A stretch of DNA of 38,072 bases from NCBI GenBank assembly GCA_964414365.1, contig CAYPWK010000005.1, positions 1 through 38,072 of the forward strand. Direction: 5' to 3'. Position 1 is the first letter of the stretch, and each line of letters begins with the position of its first letter. Below are positions 30,879-38,072 of the stretch, in pieces. The position numbers were made by a program, and so were the translations under genes. Source of the stretch: an uncultured Burkholderia sp. GTDB taxonomy: Bacteria; Pseudomonadota; Gammaproteobacteria; Burkholderiales; Burkholderiaceae. Below the pieces are notes generated by a model. That model worked only from the letters and a program-made list of their open reading frames with translations. It did no database searches and was not told where the DNA came from.

Positions 30879-32861
30879 TCACGCGGACGAGTCCGCCAGA
30901 CCGTGCCGCAACGCACGCAGCAGATAACGCGCCGGGTCGAGCGATTCGGCGAGGTCGCGTTCGAGCGGCCACGGCTCTCCCTCGATTTGAGAAGCGATGA
31001 GCTCCCCGGCGAGCGCCGCCCAGACGAGTCCGCGCGAACCGAACGCGAAAGCGCCGTAGAGTCCGTCCGCCCGCGGCAAATCGAGCGGCCACGCGCCGCG
31101 CAGGCCGGCGGCTTCGCGCTCGCCGGCTTTTTCGTCGGCGAGTTGCCCCGCCATCGGCAGGCGATCGCTCGTGACACAGCGAAAGCCGACTCGGCCGGCG
31201 AGCGTTGCCGGATCGATCGCGCTCAACGCCGATGCCCACGCCGGAATCAATTTCGAAAGCCGCATGAGGTTTTCGGCATGGCCCGACTCTCGAATCGCCT
31301 TCTCTTCATCGTCGGCTTCGTAGGTGGCGCCCGTCAGCAAGCCGTCGGCCAGCGGCACCGCATAGCCGTCACCGATCACCGGTACCGCCAAGCCGGTCGC
31401 CAAGTGTGGGGGGAGCTGCGTCAATTGGCCGCGGACGATGCGCGTCGGCGCGTGGCGCAAGCGCGCGAGACGAACCGCGTCGCGCGCGTTCGCCAGGATG
31501 ACGACGGGAGCCCGCGCTACAACGTTGCCAAGCTCGTCGAAGACGGCCCAGCCTTGGCCATCGCGCTCGATGCGCGCTGCTTGCACGCCGCCGCGCCACG
31601 TCAGCGCATGCCCCGCGGCCGAGCACAGCGCGGCCACTAGCGCGGCCGGGTTAAGAGAGCCGCCCTGGGGATAAAAACAGCCGCTACCAGATAGACCTGT
31701 CAGCGCCGTTCCTGCGAGGTGTCGTGCCTCGGCCGCCGACAGGATCCGTGCGAACTCGCCGGGGTAGGCGAACGTCTCAACGGCTTCGGCGAGCGTCTGT
31801 GCTTCGCCCTCGTTGGCAGGCAAATGAAGCAGGCCGTTCAAAGTGCGTTCGAATCGATGGCCGGCGTCTTCGAGTATTCGCCAGCGACTGATCGCATAGA
31901 GGAAACCCGCGCGAGAGATTCGGGAAGCGACGCTGTCGTCGCGCGAGAGCAGCGGATGGAAGACGCCGGCGCGGTTGCCCGACGTCTCGTGCGCGACATG
32001 TGCGTGCCGTTCGATCAGCGTCACGCGCCAGCCGCGCGAGGCGAGCCGCTCGGTCGCCGCACAGCCGGCGAGACCGGCGCCGATGACGACGGCGTGTCGC
32101 TCCCCGCATTCGATCGGCATGGGCGGCTCGTGACGGCGCACGCGCCAGCGCGGCGCGAATGTGCCGACGAGCATCTCGCGTTTGCCGGCAAAACCCTGTG
32201 CTTTGGTGCATGCGAAGCCAGCCGCTTCCAGCCCGCGCCTGACATGACCGGCGCTCGTGTAAGTCGCGAGTGTGGCGTCCGTGCCGGCGAGCCGCGCGAG
32301 CGCCTTGAAGACGGGCGGCGACCAAAGGTCGGGATTCTTTGCCGGCGAGAAGCCGTCGAGATAGAAGGCGTCGGCACGCAGCCAAAGCTTCGGCAGCAGC
32401 TCGAGGGCATCGCCGAAAGCGATCGTCAAGGTGACGCGCCCTCCTTCGAACTCAAGGCGGTGAAGGCCGGAAAGCGGCAACGGCCAGGCGTCGGCGAGCT
32501 CGCGGGCGAGCCGCGAGATGGTTGCATCTGCAACGATGTGCGAGTGAAGCGCGCGCAGATCGTTAGCCGCGAACGGGTGTTTCTCGATCGAGACAAAAGC
32601 AAGACGTTCCGACCGTGCGGCATCGCTGCGCCAAGCCGCCCAGGTAGCGAGGAAATTGCCGCCAAGCCCGAAGCCCGTTTCGAGAATCGTGAAAAGACGC
32701 CTGCCGCGCCAGCGCGACGGCAGCCCGTTGCCGCCGACGAACACATGCTGCGCCTGCGCGAGCGCGCCGGCCGCGCTGTGATAGACGTCGTCATAGGTCG
32801 GCGAAAACGGCGTGCCGTCGTCGCGGAAGGCCAGCGTGGCAGGTTGCAGCGGAGCGGTCAT
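30879..32861 (-). CDS. mnmC: Bifunctional tRNA mnm5s2U34 methyltransferase / FAD oxidoreductase MnmC
   Basis: YDDVYHS, ETGFGLGGNFL, YLDGFSPAKNPDLW, VIGAGLAG, SGN. Start placed at MTAPLQPA. Confidence 0.96.
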   Translation of the reverse strand: MTAPLQPATLAFRDDGTPFSPTYDDVYHSAAGALAQAQHVFVGGNGLPSRWRGRRLFTILETGFGLGGNFLATWAAWRSDAARSERLAFVSIEKHPFAANDLRALHSHIVADATISRLARELADAWPLPLSGLHRLEFEGGRVTLTIAFGDALELLPKLWLRADAFYLDGFSPAKNPDLWSPPVFKALARLAGTDATLATYTSAGHVRRGLEAAGFACTKAQGFAGKREMLVGTFAPRWRVRRHEPPMPIECGERHAVVIGAGLAGCAATERLASRGWRVTLIERHAHVAHETSGNRAGVFHPLLSRDDSVASRISRAGFLYAISRWRILEDAGHRFERTLNGLLHLPANEGEAQTLAEAVETFAYPGEFARILSAAEARHLAGTALTGLSGSGCFYPQGGSLNPAALVAALCSAAGHALTWRGGVQAARIERDGQGWAVFDELGNVVARAPVVILANARDAVRLARLRHAPTRIVRGQLTQLPPHLATGLAVPVIGDGYAVPLADGLLTGATYEADDEEKAIRESGHAENLMRLSKLIPAWASALSAIDPATLAGRVGFRCVTSDRLPMAGQLADEKAGEREAAGLRGAWPLDLPRADGLYGAFAFGSRGLVWAALAGELIASQIEGEPWPLERDLAESLDPARYLLRALRHGLADSSA

Positions 32862-33314
32862 GAAAGCCGAAAAGTGAAAATCCATCGGTGCGCGGCGAGC
32901 GTCTTGGCCCGCTCGGGCATCACATCGCCGTGCCGCGGGCCAAAAACGCCGCGCCATGCGGGTTGCCGGGCGGCTCGAGGCCGCGAAAAACGGCCCTCGA
33001 GAACGTTGGCAAAATCCAACGTCGGCGCGCTGCAATTCCGCGAAACCCTTGGCAGGCGGGGTTTTCGAGTACGACAATGCGTCAAACCCAGCAGCGACAA
33101 GGTTAAGAAGCGTTAAATTCTTTGGAAGCCTTGCCGTTATTGGGTTTGCGCTGAGCTATCATAGCAAGCGCCGCACGACCGTTGCGCCGGGGCCCGGTGC
33201 CGCAGCCGGTGGCGCTCGCTTCGCCACAACAGCTACAGGACGGCACAGCTTGCGTACGATGATCGGCGCGGTCAGCGCCGTCAGTGTGACTTCAATCTGA
33301 AAAGAGGAACGTTA

Positions 33315-33593
33315 ATGAACAAACAGGAACTGATCGACGCCGTCGCAGGTCAGACGGGCGCCAGCAAGGCTCAGACTGGCGAAACGCTGGACACGCTGCT
33401 CGAAGTGATCAAGAAGGCGGTGTCCAAGGGGGACTCGGTTCAATTGATCGGCTTCGGCAGCTTCGGCTCGGGTAAGCGCGCAGCCCGCACGGGCCGCAAC
33501 CCGAAGACGGGCGAAACGATCAAGATCCCGGCCGCGAAGACGGTGAAGTTCACGGCAGGCAAGGCCTTCAAGGATGCCGTCAACAAGCGTTGA
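33315..33593 (+). CDS. HU-family DNA-binding protein
   Basis: [11 protein letters not shown]...VQLIGFGSF...[10 protein letters not shown]...[12 protein letters not shown]; GAGGA RBS. Confidence 0.97.
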   Translation: MNKQELIDAVAGQTGASKAQTGETLDTLLEVIKKAVSKGDSVQLIGFGSFGSGKRAARTGRNPKTGETIKIPAAKTVKFTAGKAFKDAVNKR

Positions 33594-33621
33594 GCCCCGC
33601 ACGGCACGACGTCTGGTCGAC

Positions 33622-33645
33622 AACCCGCCTGAGGCGGGTTTTTTT
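33622..33645 (+). terminator. Intrinsic terminator of the HU gene
   Basis: AACCCGCC-TGA-GGCGGGTT followed by TTTTT. Confidence 0.85.
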
Positions 33646-33684
33646 CCGCCCTTTTTTGGCGCGCCGTGCGAGGAAAGCCGTACG

Positions 33685-34971
33685 TCAATGCACGATCTGG
33701 CCGGTCCCGTCTTCCTCGCTGTCTTCGGCACCGAGATCCCACATGGGGAAAGGATCGGTAAAGCCGGCCCATCCGGACGGTCCGAGCGCATATTCGTCGT
33801 CGGTCAAAAGGCACGCATCGAGCTTCGTGCGCCAATATGCGGCATCGAGATCGATGCCGATCATGACGAGCTCCTGGCGCCGATCGCCGATCGAGGCGTC
33901 GGTCGCGTCGCCGTGCCAGTCGGCCGCGATCTCCGCGGCGAGCTCGGCGTCATCGGGCCATTCTTCGCGCGGCTGCGCCGCCCACCAGAAGCCTGCCGGA
34001 CCATGCCGGCAGGCGCCGCCCGCCTGAGAAAGCGATCCGATTACGTCGTGACGCGTCGCAAGCCAGAAGAAGCCTTTGCTGCGCAAAACGCCGCGCCATT
34101 CCTCGTGCAGTAGCGCCCATAGCCGCTGTGGGTGAAACGGCCGTCGCGCGCGGTAGACGAAGCTGTCGATTCCGTACTTGTCGGCTTCTCCCGCGTGTTC
34201 GTGATGCCCGTGCGCATCGCCGTGTCCGTGCTCGTGCCCGAGCGACGCGAGCCAGCCCGGAGCACTTTGCGCTTCGTCGAAATCGAACCGGCGGGTGTCG
34301 AGCACTTCGCCGAGCGGCACGGCGCCGAAGCGGCTCACGATCTGGACCGCGCGCGGATTGAGGCGCGCGAGAATCCGCTGCAGCCGGTCGAGCGCCTCGG
34401 CATCGACCAGGTCGGCCTTGTTGACGACAAGGACGTCGCAGAATTCGACCTGCTCGATCAGAAGCTCGACGAGCGTGCGGTCGTCTTCTTCGCTGGCGGC
34501 GAGACCTCGCTCCGCGAGCGCGTCGGACGAGTCGTAGTCGCGCAGGAAGTTGAGGGCGTCGACGACCGTCACCATCGTGTCGAGCCGCGCGACCTCCGAT
34601 AGCGTGACGCCTTCATCATCGGTCATGGCGAACGTTTCGGCGATCGGCATGGGCTCGGCAATACCCGTCGACTCGATCACGATCGCATCGAAACGGCGCT
34701 CGCCGGCAAGCTGGCGGATCTCGGTCAGCAAATCGTCGCGCAACGTGCAGCAAATGCATCCGTTCGACATCTCGACGAGCCGTTCCTCCACTTGCGACAG
34801 CGCGGCCGCATCGCGCACGAGCGAGGCGTCGATATTGACGGCCGCGAGATCGTTGACGATGACGGCCACGCGCAGGCCGGCGCGATTGGCGAGGATGTGC
34901 TTCAGTAGCGTGGTCTTGCCCGCACCGAGAAAACCCGAGAGGACGGTAACGGGCAAAGGAGGCTGATTCAT
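33685..34971 (-). CDS. COG0523/CobW-family metallochaperone GTPase (YciC/ZigA-like)
   Basis: SGFLGAGKTT, GCICC, ESTGIAEP, NKAD, His-rich linker HEHGHGDAHGHHEH, LRSKGFFW. Start MNQPPLP. Confidence 0.93.
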   Translation of the reverse strand: MNQPPLPVTVLSGFLGAGKTTLLKHILANRAGLRVAVIVNDLAAVNIDASLVRDAAALSQVEERLVEMSNGCICCTLRDDLLTEIRQLAGERRFDAIVIESTGIAEPMPIAETFAMTDDEGVTLSEVARLDTMVTVVDALNFLRDYDSSDALAERGLAASEEDDRTLVELLIEQVEFCDVLVVNKADLVDAEALDRLQRILARLNPRAVQIVSRFGAVPLGEVLDTRRFDFDEAQSAPGWLASLGHEHGHGDAHGHHEHAGEADKYGIDSFVYRARRPFHPQRLWALLHEEWRGVLRSKGFFWLATRHDVIGSLSQAGGACRHGPAGFWWAAQPREEWPDDAELAAEIAADWHGDATDASIGDRRQELVMIGIDLDAAYWRTKLDACLLTDDEYALGPSGWAGFTDPFPMWDLGAEDSEEDGTGQIVH

Positions 34972-35184
34972 GACGATCGAAGGAAGAGAAGAAAGAGGGG
35001 CGCACCGCGGGCTTTGGCGCTGCAGCGCGCATTTTGCACCAAACGCCGCAATGCCGGGCGTTTGGGTGCGCGTTCGCGCCGATAGAGGGCGCGATGAGAC
35101 GAGATCGCGCCACGATCGACGCAAGTCGAGGAATTGCTGTTAGAATGCCGCCCTGCACGACATGCGCTGTATTCCGCGATTCAG

Positions 35185-35706
35185 CTAACGTTGCGCCTGC
35201 AACAGTTTCCAGCGGCTGAGAATATCGACGATCTGGCGCGCATAACGGTCGCGCAGGGCCGGGGTTTCAGAGTGGTACGCACCCACGGCTTCCCAAGTGT
35301 TCCCGTACTTGTTCATCTTCTGCCGCAGATGCCAGGCTGCGATGTAGACGTTCTTGCACGGCTCCATCAGCGTCTCGGTCGAAATGCCGTACTGCGATAG
35401 CGTGGGCAGATGCACCGAGTTGATCTGCATGAGGCCGTAATCGGTCGAGCCGTTGACGTTCTTGTGTAGCGCGTCCGGCGTGTTGTGTGACTCTTGCCAG
35501 GCGATCGCGCGCAGAATCAGCGGGTTCACCTTCTGGTAACGGGCCGCTTCGTCGAAGCAATCCGCGCGTGCGCCGAAGCTCGCGAGACTTGCGGACAAGC
35601 CCGCCGCAAACATCAAGATGGCTCGCGCGACGAGCCTCGTCCGTTCGTTGCGAACGGGCGCCGAATCGATCGTTCGACGAACTGTCAGTTCAGAGTCGCC
35701 TAGCAT
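35185..35706 (-). CDS. Lytic transglycosylase (SLT; IagB/EtgA-like), divergent from the T2SS operon
   Basis: Signal-like segment then DCFDEAA, AIAWQES, GLMQINS, AVGAYHS. Start is uncertain. Confidence 0.9.
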   Translation of the reverse strand: MLGDSELTVRRTIDSAPVRNERTRLVARAILMFAAGLSASLASFGARADCFDEAARYQKVNPLILRAIAWQESHNTPDALHKNVNGSTDYGLMQINSVHLPTLSQYGISTETLMEPCKNVYIAAWHLRQKMNKYGNTWEAVGAYHSETPALRDRYARQIVDILSRWKLLQAQR

Positions 35707-36193
35707 CTTCTTACCTTGTCTTGCCTATGTCTTGTTCGTATCGCCCTTTACGTCTTAGCAATGAAGCGAAGCGTACGCGGCTTCCCTCCCGGGAAAACCC
35801 GAGTCACCGGCGCATTCCACCGGAGATGCGCGCTCGTATCATACCGGCTGACCGACCGCCCGCAACCCAGCCGGACGGACATAAGCGAGCCGGACCCGGA
35901 CAACTTCATGACGCGCGGCTTACAGCGGGCCTGCGGCTTACGGCCGCTCCCGGTGGCGCTCGTCGCGCGGCTTACCGTCGACGGTGCGCCCCGGTCGCAA
36001 GCCCCCTTACGCGGAAGTACCGCCTTGGGAAACGAAGCCCGGTTCGAACTTTTGTGATTATTGGGACATAAAAAGCTGCTAATGTTCGGCTTTTAAGCGG
36101 CGGCGCACCGGCGTGAAAGGGCCGCGCCCAGGGCCGCCGCGGAGACTGCCGCGACGAGCCGCCTTATCGCTTTTCGCATTCAATACTCATTCC

Positions 36194-38072
36194 ATGACAA
36201 GAAACCCTAGGGCCTTGCGCCGCATCGCCACCGCGTTCTTGATCGCGGGCTTGATGACGACACGATTCGCGTATGCGGACGTCTCCCTCAACTTCGTCAA
36301 CGCGGACATCGATCAAGTCGCGAAGGCGATCGGCGCCGCTACCGGCAAGACGATCATCGTCGATCCGCGCGTGAAGGGGCAGCTTAACCTCGTCTCGGAA
36401 CACCCGGTTCCCGAGGATCAGGCGATCAAGACGCTCGAATCCGCGCTGCGGATGCAAGGCTTCGCGCTCGTGCAGGACCATGGGGTGCTCAAAGTCGTTC
36501 CCGAGGCCGACGCGAAGCTGCAAGGGGTGCCGACCTACGTCGGCAACTCCACGCCCGCGCGCGGCGATCAGGTGATCACCCAGGTCTTCCAGCTCCATAG
36601 CGAGTCGGCAAACAATCTGTTGCCGGTGCTGCGCCCTTTGATATCACCGAACAACACGATCGCCGCCTATCCCGCCAACAACACGCTAGTCGTCACCGAT
36701 TACGCTGACAACGTGCGGCGAATTGCCTCGATCATCGCGGGGGTCGATAGCGCGGCCGGGCAGCAGGTCGACATCGTGCCGCTCAAAAACGCCAATGCAA
36801 TCGATACGGCGCAGGCGCTATCGAAGATGCTCGATCCCGGCGCAATCGGCAGCACCGACGCGACACTGAAAGTGTCCGTTCAGGCCGACCCGCGGAGCAA
36901 CGCGCTCCTCATCCGCGCTTCCAACAAGGCGCGGCTCACGATGGCGAAGAAGCTCGCGCAACAACTCGATGCGCCAAGCTCGCAGCCCGGAAACATGCAC
37001 GTCGTCCGTTTGCGCAACGCCGACGCTGTGGCACTCGCGAAGACGCTGCGCGGCATGATGGGCAAAGGCGGCGCAGAAGGCGCCACGTCGAGCGCGGAAA
37101 CGAGCAGCACAAGCACGTTCAACCCGGGCGGCGTGGCGGGCGGTGCGCTGTCCACTGGCACGTCGGGTACGCCGCCGTTACCCTCTTCCTATAGCGGATC
37201 GTTAGGCACCAGCGGCGGCGGATTGGGCTCGTCGTCAGGCGGCACGACCGGCGGCATGGGCAGAGCCGGTTTTCTGGGACAGCAGCAAGGCGGCGCCGCC
37301 GGCGGCACGGAAGAGAATCCGCCCGGCGGCATGATCCAGGCCGATTCGGCGACGAACTCGCTCATCGTCACCGCATCCGATCCCGTCTATCGCAACCTGC
37401 GCGCGGTCATCGACCAGCTCGACGTGCGGCGTCCGCAGGTCTACATCGAGGCGCTAATCGTCGAGCTGACCGCGACCCACCAGGCGAATCTCGGCATTCA
37501 ATGGCAGGTCGCGACGGGGGCGCTCTACGGGGGCACCAACCTCTCGACGGGGCAGAGCGGCCTCGGCAACAGCATCGTCGACCTGACAGCTACTTCCGTT
37601 GCGAAGGGCACGCCTACTGCTCTGGCCACCTTGACCGGTGGACTGAATATCGGATGGCTGCGCAACATGTTCGGCGTGCAGGGACTTTCCGGTCTGCTGC
37701 AGTACTTTTCGGGCACGAACGACGCCAACGTGCTGTCGACACCGAACCTTGTCACGCTCGACAATCAGGAAGCTCAGATCGTCGTCGGCCAGAATGTGCC
37801 GATACCGACGGGTCAGTACACAAGCCTGACGAGCGGTACGGGAAACACCGCGTTCAACACGTTTGATCGACGCGACGTCGGTCTTACGCTGCACGTGAAG
37901 CCGCAGATTACGGATGGCGGAATCCTCAAGCTGCAGATCTATACTGAGGACTCGGCCGTCGTTGCCACCACGCTGAATTCGGCAGCCGGCCCAACCTTCA
38001 CCAAGCGTTCGGTGGAGTCCACCGTGCTTGCGGACAACGGCGAGATCATCGTGCTCGGCGGCCTCATGCAGG
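36194..38072 (+). CDS. gspD: Type II secretion system secretin GspD (3' end runs off the window)
   Basis: Manual translation from ATG 36194: signal peptide, LNFVNADIDQV, IIVDPRVKG, LDVRRPQVYIEALIVE, STPNLVTLDNQEA, VGQNVP, in frame to the window end. Confidence 0.96.
   Translation, partial: MTRNPRALRRIATAFLIAGLMTTRFAYADVSLNFVNADIDQVAKAIGAATGKTIIVDPRVKGQLNLVSEHPVPEDQAIKTLESALRMQGFALVQDHGVLKVVPEADAKLQGVPTYVGNSTPARGDQVITQVFQLHSESANNLLPVLRPLISPNNTIAAYPANNTLVVTDYADNVRRIASIIAGVDSAAGQQVDIVPLKNANAIDTAQALSKMLDPGAIGSTDATLKVSVQADPRSNALLIRASNKARLTMAKKLAQQLDAPSSQPGNMHVVRLRNADAVALAKTLRGMMGKGGAEGATSSAETSSTSTFNPGGVAGGALSTGTSGTPPLPSSYSGSLGTSGGGLGSSSGGTTGGMGRAGFLGQQQGGAAGGTEENPPGGMIQADSATNSLIVTASDPVYRNLRAVIDQLDVRRPQVYIEALIVELTATHQANLGIQWQVATGALYGGTNLSTGQSGLGNSIVDLTATSVAKGTPTALATLTGGLNIGWLRNMFGVQGLSGLLQYFSGTNDANVLSTPNLVTLDNQEAQIVVGQNVPIPTGQYTSLTSGTGNTAFNTFDRRDVGLTLHVKPQITDGGILKLQIYTEDSAVVATTLNSAAGPTFTKRSVESTVLADNGEIIVLGGLMQ

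Noticed and set aside
34972-35184. Searched for a Zur box upstream of the CobW-family GTPase
   Set aside because: No AT-rich Zur-type palindrome is visible.

Overview
GC-rich Burkholderiaceae-type (Burkholderia/Paraburkholderia/Trinickia-like) DNA that most likely spans the origin region of the main chromosome. From left to right it carries the start of the atp operon (atpI, atpB truncated), a YbiR-like permease, mnmG-rsmG-parA-parB with two canonical parS sites, two Liv-type ABC importer clusters, a LysR / mmsA / GMC-dehydrogenase unit, DUF3717, an OmpR-family two-component pair, a SET-domain protein, a Cys-tailed MarR regulator, a YbdK ligase with a CPA2 antiporter, mnmC, HU, a CobW GTPase, a lytic transglycosylase and gspD (truncated). 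The main non-coding signal is two mirror-image oriC-like modules (about 27390-27615 and 30613-30875). They share the same spacing of AT-rich/DnaA-trio segment, DnaA box and IHF-like site, have clustered GTWWAC motifs, and flank the ybdK-antiporter pair; dnaA is not in the window. Other signals are an about 80-bp palindromic REP/IS200-IS605-like repeat family and a candidate structured leader RNA upstream of the antiporter. I saw no rRNA, tRNA, CRISPR array or transposase. All calls are by eye, with no database search.
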